From Nymphaea colorata (taxonomy: Eukaryota): a DNA stretch of 64,000 nucleotides. The DNA is taken from assembly GCF_008831285.2 (NCBI RefSeq), contig NC_045138.2, positions 5,208,001 through 5,272,000 of the forward strand, given 5' to 3'. Under the pieces are notes generated by a model. It was not told the DNA's origin and did not search any database. It worked only from the letters and a program-made list of their open reading frames with translations. The translations under genes were made by a program, and so were the position numbers. Positions 12,999 through 26,949 of this stretch are shown here, in pieces (the first letter of the stretch is position 1; the number at the start of each line of letters is the position of its first letter).

Positions 12999-13245
12999 CC
13001 TGGAAACAACTCTTCACAGCAACGATAGAGATGGATGGAACTCCTGTTTCAAGAGCGGTAGAGGGAGCAAGAGAGAAGGGCAAGAGAATTAGAGATGGAG
13101 GAGAAGGAGAGACAGAGAAGAGGGCTCGAGTAGAGTTCGCCGCGGGGCAGGAGACGGTCCCAAACGTTTTACCTCGGAACAGGAAGGAACAATGGAGCAA
13201 TTTATACTCCTGTCCAGCCATTCACCCAGAACACCATGTTGGCCG

Positions 13246-13653
13246 TCGGGTTGTCAATATATCAGATATTCAACCAAATCGATTTGAAAAAATTCAATAT
13301 AAAAAAAATATCCGATTTAAAAATCAGATCAGTTTCAGATTTAAGAAATGACATCCATTCATATTTGGATTCAGATATACATAAATATTTGATTAGATTC
13401 GGATTTGGATAAGATTTATTTTTAGACAAATATCCTATGATAAAAATTGGCAAAATTTGGTTCAAAATTTGGATTCAGATTTGAATATAAATATAAAAAC
13501 CAGATTCAGATCAGATTCGAATTCTAAAATTGAATTTCAGATTCAGAATCTGATATGATTTTTCTTTATTTGAATCCGAATATGTGAATATCTGAAAAAA
13601 GCGGATATGATTAAGGGTACAACCGACCAAAATCTGATCCGTTGACATCCCTA
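13246..13653. mobile_element. hAT-like MITE, TAGGGATG family
   Basis: TCGGGTTGTCAATATATC...GATCCGTTGACATCCCTA, same family as 8450-8894. No TSD is recognisable. Confidence 0.65.
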
Positions 13654-14707
13654 TCCCCCGGGCAGAGTTTGATTTAAAAATCATTTAAATAGAATGTGTG
13701 TGTTCTCTTCCACACTTTCCATGGCAATTGAACGATCTCTTAGAGTGCAACCTTATCAAGTGTTCATGAAAGAAGCCAATTTTGTAAGTATTTGACCCTG
13801 CTTAGAGGGAACTGAATCGCCACCTCCCCCATTTGGTGGAGCCACCTTCTGGCTTCTATGATGCCGCAAACACTTCTTGGAAAGCCTTAGAGGACTAACC
13901 TTAAGGAGGCGTTTGACGACCTTGAATTTTGATATTAAAATTGAAATTATAAAAACAAAATTCCAGGTTCAGCTATAATTGGAATGAAAATTCAAAATTT
14001 AGTTTCCTTTTATATTCCCCAGAATTAAAAGACAAACTATAAAATGCATGAGTTATAAATGATTGTGAATGAATGTATATCGTGCTAGCTAGTGCATCTT
14101 CCCAAGAGTTAAGAATACAAGCCCATTTTTCAAATTGTGTGTATGTGTTTTAAACTTGTGCATGTCATTAGATGAATATTAATGGCTGAACCAAACCAGA
14201 CCCATTGACATGCACCTATTTGCAACCCCAGTGGTATGTAAGTTTTTTTTTAACGTGCAACAAAAAAGGGCGAAGGTGGGCCGAACCGATTTTCGCTTTC
14301 ATCTCAGCCATCCATTTTCTTTGATAATTGGTTATGAGGTGAAGGTATTGACTACTTGTAGCTTTTAAATACGGTCACGTTAAATACGTTTGCCCTTTTT
14401 AAATTTTCAACTTCTTTTTTTTTTTTTTTTTCAATTTAATATATATATATATATATATAAAGTAAAACTGTCTATTCTATCATGATGGACAGTCAAGAGA
14501 AATAAATGAAGAAAAATATTTTGTGGATGCATGAAAATTAAATGGTGATTGGATAAGCTAATAACTAATAGACCAAATGTGTGGTGGTTGAAAGAGCAAA
14601 TGGAAAACATGGCAAAACAAATTTGCAAGACCTAAATAAAACAAGGGAGAAAAAGAAAAGATCCAACAAAATGCAAAAATATCCACGTTTAACCAAAAAA
14701 ATTAGTT

Positions 14708-17700
14708 TCAATCTATTAACATCTGACAATTGTTAACATTCTTCCAACAAGGCAGTGCAGGACATCTGAAAATAATTAACGATTGAAGATTGGAGAGGCA
14801 GGCGGTTTGCTGCTGTGCATCCGTGGGACATGTTTCATTTTGTTGGGGAGTAATACTATTCACGTCCACCAGAGACTTGAGATTGGGGAAGTACCAAAGG
14901 GATAGCTCTCTCAGTTTTGGGAGGCATTGCCAGTGGCCTCTCAAGCAGATGTCCTCAGTGAAACCAGACAGACTCAAGTAGTTCAGTTGGGAGAGACCCC
15001 ACACCCACTCCGGCACCCTTCCCCATTTGACCTCATCAACATTGGTGCCCTCCAGATACAGTGTCTTCAGGGAGGGTAGAAATGTCGATACCTGTGATGG
15101 CAATGGCGATGGCACTACTACTGCTGATTCTGAATCCAACCCCATGTGAATGACAGCTTTCGGAGCTGAATCGCTTCACCGCCATGCCCCAGCAGCTCCG
15201 ATAGAGAATAAATCGAGCTTTCTGTCTACACCTTTGGACAATTCTTAAAATGCGCCACTCTTAAGCATGGCATAGAAGTAAATGTTGTTTCCCCTGATCC
15301 ACCTGCTGGCCAAATCATCCATCTCCTCCCAGTTGGCCAAATCATCCATCTCCAACTCCTCAAGTAAAGGAAGGCGAGATGGGAGCCACTTCAAAGTGTT
15401 CAGATCCCGCAAGCTTAACCGCTTTAAAGCTGGCATGTCAGTGACAGTCTTCAACATATTACATCCTTTCACCTTCAACTGAATGAGAGCAGGCATGTGA
15501 TGAGAGATTTCATTCTCTTACATTCATACACCTTCAACGACTAGATACCAGGCATGTGATGAGGTAATTGCTCTAGGCTGTCACACCAACTCACCTCCAA
15601 CGACTCCAATGCAGGCATGTTAACAAGAGCCATCATGCTATTACATCCCAACACCCTCAACGACTTGAGGGCAGGCATGTGATGAGGCAATTCTCTAGGC
15701 TGCCACAATCTTTCACCTCCAACCACTCCAAGGTAGACATGTGATGAGGTAATTGCTCTAGTCTGCCACAATCTATCACCTCCAATGACTTGAGAGCAGG
15801 CATGTGATGAGGTAATTGCTCTAGTCTGCACCAATCTTTCACCTCCAAGGACTCCAAGGCAGGCATGCTAGCTATTTCACGCAGTGCTTGGCAATTGATG
15901 ACATATAGTACCTTCAACAAAGTAATGCTTATTAGTGTTTCCCATAAAGGGCATCTTTCCAATGCCAAGCTGGCATCTGTCCTTTATAATGACGTATCTT
16001 CAAGCACTCCAGCCCAAGTGGAGGTTCCAATTCCTCCAGCACACCAGTCTGTTTGTCATCACCACTCTGTTTGTCATCACCTCCAATAATTCCAAAGTCT
16101 AATCGCAAACTGATTATACCATGCTTCTCCTTAAGCAATTGTGCATTTCTTGCACAATCGATTGCTTTTCTAGCCCCCCCAAACATTCTATTGACAATTC
16201 TCCGCTTAGTTTCTTCAAGTCTTTTAGTTCCCTAATATCGCATCCCTTTGTGTCCATTTTGTCATCGCATACCAGAAACCGATGCAAGGTCTATTGGTAA
16301 GCTTCCCCAAGCCTTTAGCTATAAATTTCAATTCCCGTGTACATTTCAGTCCAAGATATCTCAAGTTACACATTTCACCAATTTCCCTAGGCAACTCTTC
16401 AATATAACGATCATTTAAATCCAATGTTTGCAAGTTACAAAGTCTGCCGATTGAACTGGGCAATTTTTTCACATAAGAGGAGCTTAGATGAAGAAATTTT
16501 AGAAGTGCATGGCATTGAATGGAATTTGGCAACTCATCCATCCTATATCCTCACAAAGACAACACCCTCAACCACTTGAAATTGATCAAGTGTTCAATAT
16601 AAACCTGAAAGTAAGAATCGTAATCAGCCAACAATGTGCACACCTTATTTGCAGTTTCCAAGGCATTATGCTTGTGTACCTCTGCATCGTGTACACCAAG
16701 TAATGACAGATGGAGGGTGTTCTCAGTAGTAGAGGCATGACTATATTCCCATCCACCTATATAGAAGACAAGGTCATGCAAAATGTCATGCAATTTGATT
16801 CTCTTCAAATCAATTTCTTCAATCAAACACCGCTTTATCAAATCTTCAATGTATTGGTTTGCTGTCACTTCCACATCTATGTATTTCTTTTCATCAATCA
16901 ATCCATGTGCCATCCATTGCATGATGAATCTCTCCCTTTCAATCTCATAATCCTTTGGATAAATGCAGCAATACACAAAACAACTCTTCAAATAATATGG
17001 CAAGTCATCGTAGCTTAGTATGAGACCAGGAAGAATATGGCCCCCCATTTCATATGACAATGTTGTTGCTGCATGCGTCTTCCATTCCCATATCTTACTA
17101 TGCTCAACGAACTTCCAGTCGTCGCTACTCATTTTCTTGGTAGGCATCATGGACCCTACTGTCTTAAAAGCGGCAACCCACCACACTTCTTTGTTATTCT
17201 CTCTGCAGCATCTTTGATCTTATGCATCACCAAATCTTCTGTTTGGCCTTCTCTTTATGCCTCCTTTAGAAATAACTCCCAGCTTTGGTCAAAACTAAAT
17301 TTTCGTAATTCATGCATATAAGAAGCACACATCCCATCCGACACATCTTTCTTTCTATTGGTAATCAAAATATTGCTCCCGGTTCCCTCCACCTCTTCCC
17401 CCCACCATTTTACTTCCCACACATCATCAAGGACCAACAAAAAATTTTCCCTTGAGAGCTCGTTCCGTAATTGTGTGCACAACTTACTCAAGGAACAATC
17501 AGGGTTTTCTCCTGGCACTTCCCTTAGTATCTCCCGCATCAAGCCCTTACGGTTTGACCTCTCCTAAACACAAACCCATCATCTATGTTTCCCAAAATGT
17601 TTGTTCGTTTCTTTAAAGACCATTTTTGCAAGAGTTGTTTTGCCGATTCCGCCTTTTCGTACAATAGAAATAATAGAAACTCCACCCTCATGTGTCATAC

Positions 17701-18232
17701 AACCCTCTATAGAGTCATTTGACAAGAGCCTTTTTACTATCTCATTTTTATCATCCTCCCTGCCTGTGGGTGGTTGTATGCCCAAGTGATGGGTTGTCTC
17801 GCGGGGGTTGTCATGTTTACCATGAACAGAGTCCTCACCACCCCCTATTGGCGTTGTCATGTTTCAAGCTTTCTTTATTTCATCAAGCCTTTCATAGATT
17901 TTCTTGATTTTGTTACCAAGTTGGTAGCGAGAACAAACATCTTCGTAATGGGAAGAGAATGTAGTGGTCCAAGATCGCTTTCATACCTTGTCCCTATTGC
18001 TGGCCTCAATTTTGCTTTGATATTCATCGATGATGTCCTTGGCATCATAAAGAACATCCTTGAGCTCAACCTCTAGATCTCTGTCACACAGCTTGCTGAA
18101 AAATGGCTCGCGATCAGCATCTTTGATGGGCTTTTGGAAGATTGTCAGCAAGTTGGTTACAAAAGCCCACAGCTTGGAAATGGCTGTTTGCGCAAGAACG
18201 TCTATTTCTACCGCCATCTCTTCTGACCACAT
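14708..18232 (-). pseudogene. CC-NB-ARC-LRR (NLR) pseudogene, copy A
   Basis: EDVID-like YDAKDIID, P-loop KGGIGKTTLA, kinase-2 LLVLDDVW, RNBS-B GSNILITNR, CGGLPL, RNBS-D LKSCFVYCCIYP, MHD-like LHDILHD and LRRs, spread over many frameshifted ORFs. Confidence 0.9.
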
Positions 18233-18758
18233 GGCCAGTTTCTTGGTAGATTAAAGAGCAGAGGAAGAGAAGCAATTTTCAGATGGATACAAAAAAAAGG
18301 AAAAAAACATAAAGACCAGGCTGCCAACAATTATGGTTGACTTGTAGATTCCCATCCCCCATCGGTCCTCTCCTCATAAAAATCAAATCAAGCTGAGTGA
18401 TTGGGTCCATTTAATCACCACCACCGCCACATTAACATGTTGCGAGTGGTAAAGAGTAATGCAATGACTCGCCCACTCCCTATTCAATATGATTTCTTCA
18501 TTCACATGCAGTTTGATTGATGTCAGTCGTGGCGTGATCTGTTTTTCTCTTCAATCTAAAGAAACATGTTTCTAATACTAGAATACGAGAAAAAAATACT
18601 CAATGGTACACTTTTAATTTATAGGTTGTGTTAAAGAAGAAATTCAATTTCTTAATTTACTTTCTCCTAAATAAATCTGGTAGAAAGATCCTCAAAGCCA
18701 AGCCTTCTACATACCCTAGAGTTTCCCCTATCGGGATTGTCAGATTTCTTGTTAATCT

Positions 18759-21700
18759 CATTCTACCTTACCAGAGTCCCTCTGGGGAGAGGCATTAAAG
18801 ACTGCAACTTATATTCTAAATAGAGTGCCATCAAAAGCAGTACCAAAAACCCCATATGAATTATGGACAGGCAAAACGCCTAGTATGAGGCATTTTCATA
18901 TTTGGGGATGTCCAGCTGAAGCAAGGCCATATAGGCCAAGCGAAAGAAAACTGGACTCTAAGACGGTTAGCTGTTACTTTGTTGGGTATTCTGAAAGGTC
19001 AAGGGGTTATAAGTTTTATAATCTATCCAGTAAGTCTTTCTTTGAAACGGGAAATGCCCATTTCTTTGAGGATATTGAGTTTGGGGGAGGTGATCAGGTT
19101 AGAAACATTGCCTTTGAAGAGGGACATGAGTCCACTCATACAGGTGTTGTAAGCAACAGTCAGGTATTCATTCCTGCAATTGTTTCATCAACATATTCAG
19201 AAGAAGGCAATGATGTCGATCTCCATACTGAAGAACAAACTCAACAACCTCAAGAAAATCAAGTAGAAGTGCCACTGAGGAGATCCATCAGAGAGAGGAG
19301 AAATACAATTTCAAATGATTTTGTCTATCTCCAAGAACATGATGTTGATAAAGGCTTAATGGAAGATGATCCTATTAACTTCCAGCAAGCAATAAAGAGT
19401 TCTAAATCTCATAAGTGGATAGATGCCATGAGTGAGGAAATAAAGTCCATGATGGACAATGACGTATGAGATGTTGTTCCCTTGCCTGAAGGTGTGAAAC
19501 CCATTGGTTGTAAATGGATATTTAAAACTAAGAGGGATTCATTAGGAAACATCGAAAGGTATAAGGCACGTCTTGTTGCAAAGGGCTTTATTCAAAAGGA
19601 AGACATTGATTATACAGAGACTTTCTCTCCAGTTTCGTCGAAAGACTCTTTCAGGACCATAATGGCACTTGTGGCTCATTTTGACTTAGAGCTGGCATCA
19701 GATGGATGTTAAGACAGCATTTCTAAATGGAGACATTGATGAAACGATATATATGGTGCAACCAGAAAACTTTGCTTCAGGAAATGCAAAGAAAATGGTT
19801 TGCAAACTTAAGAAATCCATCTATGGGCTAAAGCAAGCTTCCCGTCAATGGTATTACAAATTTCATCAAGGTATAGTTTCATTTGGCTTTGAGACCAATA
19901 TGGTTGATGAATGTGTGTACCATAAGTTCAGTAAGGGCAAATTTATTTTTCTGGTTCTATATGTCGATGATATATTGCTGGCAAGTAATGATGTGGGCAC
20001 ATTACATGAAACTAAGAAATTTTTGTCATCAAAGTTTGACATGAAGGATCTTGGTTGTGCATCTTTTGTATTAGGAATCCAAATATTTCGAGATCGTTCT
20101 CGGGGTATTCTTGGATTATCACAAAAGACCTACATTGATAAGGTGCTTCAGCGATATGACATGAAGGATTGTAAACCAGGAGATACTCCAGTTGCTAAAG
20201 GAGACAAGTTTAGTCTCAAACAGTGCCCTAAAAGTGAAATCGAATCTAAGGAAATGGAAAGGATTCCCTATTCGTCTGTTGTGGGAAGCCTTATGTATGC
20301 TTAGGTTTGTACTTGTCCGGATATTGCATTTATCGTGGGAATGTTAGGCAGATACTTAAGTAATCCAGGTTTGGATCATTGGAAAGCAGCCAAAAGGGTA
20401 TTGAGGTACTTACAAAGAACAAAAAATTTTATGCTCACATACAAGAAGTCAGACCAGTTGGAGATCATTGGGTATTCAGATTTTGACTTTGCTGGGTGCC
20501 AAGACAGTCGTAAGTCTACTTCAGGCTATGTATTTATGTTGGCTGGAGGAGCTATATCATGGAAAAGTGTCAAACAGACACTTGTAGCTACTTCAAGCAG
20601 CAGAATTCATAGCATGTTACGAAGCATCCAATCATGCTTTGTGGTTGCGGAATTTTGTCACGGGGCTGCGCATTATGAATGGTGTAGAAAGACCACTAAG
20701 ATTGTTGTGTGACAATAATTCAACAGTCATGTACTCTAATAACAGCCGCAGTTTGTCAAAGTCGAAGCACATCGACATAAAGTTTCTGGCTGTTAAAGAG
20801 AGGATACAGAATGGTCAGGTGTCTTTAGAGCACATTGGGACAAACTCTATGATTGCGGATCCGCTTACTAAGGGTTTAACACCTAAGGTCTTTCATGAAC
20901 ATGTTGTTCATATGGGGATCTTATCCTTAGATGATGTGCTGGTTTAGTGAGAGTTTGTATTTTGTTTGCTCTAATGTATGAACACATATTCAGTTTTCTG
21001 CAGAATAAAGTTTAAAGTTCTTTGGTTCCATTCTGTGTTTATGTTTTGATCTCCATAAGGTTTTAAAGTTGGACCAGTTGAGAATAGACATGTTGTAATC
21101 ACATTGTATGTAATTCTCATGCTATACATCCATATCAGATCTATGTCATTGGTTATGTTAACATTTGTGATCATTGAAGGTTTAGCTAACTTTTGATATA
21201 GCGAAAGCCGCTTTGGTTCTGTGTTGATATGATCATGGACGAGATTGGTGAAATGACGTTTAATAAGATAGCAGTTATGGGCTCTTAAGGTTTTGTATAA
21301 TGTCTGAATGTATTAAAACATATTTGGCCCAAATGGGAGATTGTAAGATCATTTGGTGGGCCTGCATATGTCTATGAGGAATTTCAGACATTATGGCTGT
21401 CTTAATGTAAATATCCGCTTAAGTGATTGCATTTTGGGATATTACGTCATTTTAGATGGTATGGGGTAATTTTGAAATGTATAGATACCAGTACGGAATT
21501 ACAGACTCTTTGATGGGTTGAATCCGTAATTGTCCTTGTTATATAATGGTAGTGGTCCCTAGGGTCGTGAAATGGTTGCCTGAAACATTGGTTTCTAGGG
21601 TTTTCCTCTTCCCCATCTGAGAGAGACCTCAAGCGCGCCGCACGTACCCTGAAAGACCCTGCTGCGATCTTCCCGTGCACCAGATCAGATGGATTCAGGT

Positions 21701-21815
21701 ACGCTTCCGCTTCAGTTTAAGGTTTCGTTTATTTCAATGATTTAGCATGAGCATAATCCTGTTTAGGGTATATACGTTTGGTTTTGTATATGCGTTATGG
21801 GGAGAAATCCCAACA
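18759..21815 (+). mobile_element. 5'-truncated Ty1/copia element (integrase C-terminus, RT, RNase H, PPT, 3' LTR), disrupted
   Basis: [51 protein letters not shown] and IADPLTKGL, with several stops and frameshifts. PPT AAATGGGAGAT at 21331-21341. Confidence 0.92.
21342..21815 (+). repeat. 3' LTR of the truncated copia element
   Basis: Starts TGTAAG right after the PPT and ends ...CCCAACA. Host sequence homologous to ~37217 resumes immediately after. Confidence 0.8.
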
Positions 21816-23199
21816 TTCAATTCTCTCTCTCCCTTTTTAAAAGTCTTTCTCTCCCTCTCTTTCTTTTACATGACTTTTAATCTCTCTTTTTTCTTTTTTC
21901 TTTTTTAAACCCCCCCTCTCTCTCTCCACCCCTTTTAAACAAATGATGGGTAGGACAATGGTTGGGTTAGGCAGCATGTTACAGCCATGTCTTCAGTTTG
22001 ATTACTTGGAGGGTGCTATCCTAATGGTATTGAGAAACAACCTTGATTTTGAGATTAGGGGTGCCATTATGAGGTCAACTGGACTGGTTCTTGTCTCCTC
22101 CCCCACCCACTTTTACTCCCCTCCTTTAAGACTTCTCTCCCTTTTACTGTCTCTTCTATTTTTTTCTTTTCTCCCTCTCTCTCTCTCTATTTATATATTA
22201 AGCAAAAAAAATCTCCCATTTTGCATGCCCCAAAATCATTCAACTTCACCAAGGCCAATATGAAGGTGCAATACCCATGATCCTTATCATTCGGACTACA
22301 TTTGAATGACATACAACTCATTTTTGAAAACCTTTTTTTTAATATGCATGTTGTGGTATGAATGACTTATCTAATTTTCTTTCAAGCATAGAGAATTCTT
22401 TCTCTTTTCATTTGACTTTCATATTCACCATGCATTCATAAGATTCACGGATACCCACAACCACTCCTTTAGGAAACCTAAGCAAAACATGATCGAGCCT
22501 TAATAATATGGTAATAGAGTTAGGCTAAAACTTGAGATTAACTTGTGTTTCAAAAGATATCTATTCACTTTCTTTACTTTACAAATGATCATTTCATTAA
22601 AGCATTTTTATAAAATTTTATCAAAACTCTTATTTCAAAAATTGACTTAATTTTTTTTTTACTTTAAATGATTATTACAAATCAAATGATTCATTAGTTA
22701 AGATTATTTCTTCTAAAACGTATCTCTTACGATTTTATCAAACAAAAATTATCGAACTTTCTTTTCCAGTGCATAATGAACAATTTTCTTATTTTAAGGA
22801 TTGACTCTTACATCTTTTTTTACTTTATAAAATTTTAAATTCTAAAACACTTTGACATCTTTAACATCCACCACATTGCATTTAAGTTGAGGAAATGCAC
22901 CAAGAATGAAGAACGCCACAGAAAAACTAAGCCTCATACCAATGGCTGGTGGACCCCTTTTCTAGTTCGCAAAACAAATTCTCACTAGTGAATGAAAAGA
23001 AATTTTGGGATGCAAATAATATGGCTCTGGTGGTGAGAAATTTCTTCTCACAAACAAGCTTGTAAGGTCTGTAAATGGAACACATATGATATTGATTCTT
23101 AATTCTATATCATTATGGATATAAAAATTTTGACTTATATCATTATGCAATGTGATCTATAAACTAGTTGTACTTCTGATCTCCCCAGTAGAATTATTC

Positions 23200-23470
23200 A
23201 CCATCCATGCATCTTGCTCTTGTAGTGGTCCACAGCTAGGATAAGGTCATATAGGACAATTTTTTCTTCTCAAATTAGATGTTTCAAAGGCTTATCACAA
23301 AGTGAGATTGTCTTTCTGCACTTTGGGATTTCTTATTTGGGATTTGATGAGGAAAAATATGACTTGTGTTTCTACTGCTTTCTTTGTTGTTGCCTTTAAG
23401 AAGTGAGGGATCCACTTTTTGCAGCCATAGAGGTTGATAACAAGGGGACCCTCTCTCTCCTCTAGCGGTG
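23200..23470 (+). mobile_element. Degenerate LINE RT fragment
   Basis: KLDVSKAYHKV at ~23272 and RG**QGDPLSP at ~23430-23461. Confidence 0.65.
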
Positions 23471-23766
23471 TTTGGGTAACAGTATGAAGGTGAAAATTTG
23501 GTATGAGTATTGGGGATAGGGGATTCTAGAACAACTACTCAAGGAAGATGATCTTATGAAATTATACAGTCACATGCAAGCTACAGAGGAGGCAGTTCTT
23601 ACCCACAAGGAAGAATTTCTTGCTGGAGATATATTTTCTATGTCAGTCTAGTTTCTTATTAGTTCTTCTCTTATTGATTGTGATGATGTTCTGACATGAG
23701 GTACTCATAATTTCATTAACTTGAGATGAAATGGATATGAAAACAAAAACAGTAGACCGCGAGATC

Positions 23767-23970
23767 CAGGGGTGAAGCCATCAATTTTTTAAAGGATGGG
23801 CTGAACAGTATTTGCAAAAATTATACAAGGGCCAAACAATATTTTTCAAAATTTTTACGTAGGCCAATTTAAATTTTTTTAAAAATGTAAGTGTCATTTT
23901 TTCTTTTCCAAAACAATACGGGGGAGGGGCCATGGCTCATGCCAGCTCCGCCTCCTTCTGCCCCAGCCTA
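23767..23970. mobile_element. Small MITE (CAGGGGTGAAGCC...); copies at ~38241-38440 and ~52758-52958
   Basis: GC-rich inverted ends around an AT-rich core, repeated in the paralogous segments. Confidence 0.45.
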
Positions 23971-24419
23971 GATCCTTACAATAAGATTATTTGGCAAATG
24001 ATACTTACTATCATGGGTGTCGCTGGTACATTGATGTATCACCAGGATTGGCTTCCTTGTAATGGGCCATACTTGTGTTCATACATCCATAATTTGGAAT
24101 TTAAGGTGACGGTGCAAATATTCACTAATCTTGATTAAATTATGATTAGATATTCACTAATCTTAATTTAAGGCGACGGCACAAAAAACTCTTGGCTGTC
24201 TAGTTATCAATCACTAATTTTCACTTGGGCTATGCTCACCTATTTTTATAATTGAACAGAAAAAAGTGGATCAATGGCAAAAAAATTCGAAAATTTTAAC
24301 TTCCCATATTTATTCTTCACCATGAAAGGCTTCAAAACCACTTGTCCAGTCGCTTTAGTGTTGCATGTAGAAAAGAAAGAAAGAAAGAAAGAAAAAAAGA
24401 TTGGCCAACAAATTTTAAT

Positions 24420-25408
24420 AGATTTAATGAATACTGAATATACCAAGCTACATTCACCAAAGCTAGAAAGATGCCATTTATGAGAAAAACTAATAAGCCT
24501 TACCTCGTTGAAAGTACTAAATGCCATCAATTGCCCAGCACTATGTGAAATAGCTAGCATAAAGCTGTCTTGGAGTCGTTGAAGGTGGAGGAATGCTAGA
24601 GCAATTACCTCATCACATGCCAGGTCTCAAGTCATTGAAGGTGTACGGACCTAATGGCTTGAAGGCTCTTGTTAACGTTCCTTTACTTGAGGAGTTGATG
24701 GTGGAAGGGTTGCTCAACTGGGAAGGGTGGCCAGCAGACGGAATAGGGGAAACAACATTGACTTCTATGCCAAGGTTAAGAGGCGAATTTTATGAATGTC
24801 CAAAGATGGAGACAGAAGGCTTGCTTGATGCTCTATTGGAGCTGGTGGGGCATGACGGTCAAGTGACTCATCTCCACAGTCTGTCAGTGATTTGTTGCCT
24901 AAGTGCAAGATTGGGATGGAAATTCCTTGAGCAACTGCCTAACTTCATTGAGTTAAGGTTGGATCCAGACTCAGCAGTACTACTGCCATCGCCATTGCCA
25001 TCGGCTGTATCAACATTTCTACCATCCCTCAAGTCTCTGTCTTTGAGTGACACGAATGTTGATGAGGTCTAATTGGATAGGGTGCCGCAGTGGTTGTGGG
25101 GACTCTCCCAGCTGGAGACATTGTACCTAAACTATTTCTATGAGGACATCAGCTTGGGAGGCCACAGGAAATGCCTCTCAAAACTGAGATACCTAGAGCT
25201 TCAATACTTCCCCAAGCTGAATTCTCTGGTGGACATTACTACCCACCAAAATGAAAATGATGCAGTAGCAACATGTCCCACGGATACAAATGAACAGATC
25301 ACCTGCCTCTTGAAGCTTCAAAAGTTGGTAATTTACTTTTGTCCAGCACCCCATCTGCCACAGGAACTCAGAGACCATCTTGGGGAAAGGTTATCCATCC
25401 TAGGCTAA
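24420..25408 (+). pseudogene. Inverted NLR LRR / C-terminal fragment, copy B
   Basis: Closely matches the reverse complement of 30542-31450 (QLPHHMP..., RVPQWLWGLSQLETLYL...ERLSILG). Internal TAA at 25070-25072; no NB-ARC. Confidence 0.85.
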
Positions 25409-25789
25409 AGTGGTTGAGGTGCTGTTATATCATGTTACGGAACGGAACCTTTTCTGTTTCATAGGCTGAAGCCGTCAGTATTTACATATGTCCTGCACTT
25501 GATCTGCTGCAGGAGTTAAGATGCCATCTTAGAGGAAAGGTAAAAATTATCCGATATGTTGTAGTGTTTAAAATCGGTGACAGATTGTAACTATATTTTT
25601 TTGTGGTCAAGTATGAATCTTTTGCATTCAGTCGGCTCTTTTTTTCTCTCCCCTGTTTGATTTAGGTATTGTACATTTTTTATGTCATGTTTTCCATCTG
25701 CATAAGTAGAGTGAATATGTAAAAATCAATAGATTGCAACTGCTTTCAGCAAACATGACAGAAGTCAATAGGACTTCGTCATGTTGGTG

Positions 25790-26297
25790 TGCTTTCACTG
25801 AGAACATCAGCTTGGGAGGCCACAGGAAATGACTCCTGAAACTGAGAAAGCCAGTTCTTTTTTACTTCCCCAATGTCAAGTCTTTTGGTGGGCGTAAATA
25901 GTATTACTTCTCAACAAAATGATGCAGTAGCAAATACATTTCTCATAGATAAACTGGAACAGATTGCCTCCTTCTAGAAGTTTCAATGGTTGAGCAGCTA
26001 AGAGACCATCTTGGAGAAAGGTTTACAATTACTAAAATGTTTTAGTTTGTTAAAATCGGTGACAGATTGAAACTAATTTTTTTTTTTTTAAACATGAATC
26101 TTTTTTGCTTTTCGTCGGCTCTTTTCTTTCGCTCCCTTGCTTGATTTAGGACTTGTAAAATTTTTTATGCCATGCTTTCCATTTTCTCTTTCACCCACCA
26201 CACATTTGGTCTATTTGTTCTTAGCCGATCCAACCACCATTTAATTTTTATGCATCCACATAATATTTTTCTTCCTTTATTTTTCTTGACTGTCTTA

Positions 26298-26360
<63 letters not shown>

Positions 26361-26620
26361 CAAAATCTGTTGGATCCATATCCAAAACCTGTAAGGTTGT
26401 TAGCAGAGATGCTCTCTTCCTATTGTATTGCTGAGTCCTCCACCTAAGGCTAATATTGGCAAATATTAAAATCTCTAAGTAAGTGGGCTTGTATTCTTAA
26501 CTCTTGAGAAGATGCACTAGCCAGTACTATATACATTCCTTCATAATCATTTATAGCTCATGCATCTTAAAATTTCCTTTTCATTCAGGGGGATATATGG
26601 AAGTATTAAAATTTTAAATT
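25790..26620 (+). pseudogene. Second inverted NLR C-terminal remnant plus 3' flank
   Basis: GAGAACATCAGCTTGGGAGGCCACAGG repeats the last LRRs. The downstream part is the reverse complement of ~14000-14960, the copy A 3' flank. Confidence 0.7.
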
Positions 26621-26949
26621 GTTTGCAATGTGTAAGGTTTTAAGAAATCACACCAACATGTCCATATGAAGCTTTTTGGCATCGCTTGTTTTATAAGGAA
26701 GCAGGCCCTACCTGCTGGGTCATTCTTGAATAAAAATTTCCGAATTATTATTTTATCATATGGGTAGAATTATGAGTCGAGAATCTTCTTGCAAATACTA
26801 TTCTACCCTTCCTAAAAAAAAATTGCTGGCTTCGCCCTTGTATCGAGGGTCTTCTTTTTTTTTATTTCAAGTCCATTTCATCTCAAGTTAATGAAATTAT
26901 GAGTACCCCATTCCTCACACCAAATTTTCACCTTTACTGTAACCCAAAC

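Noticed and set aside
12386..13465. ORFs of 60-121 aa
   Set aside because: They lie in or across MITEs and purine-rich filler, with no protein motifs.
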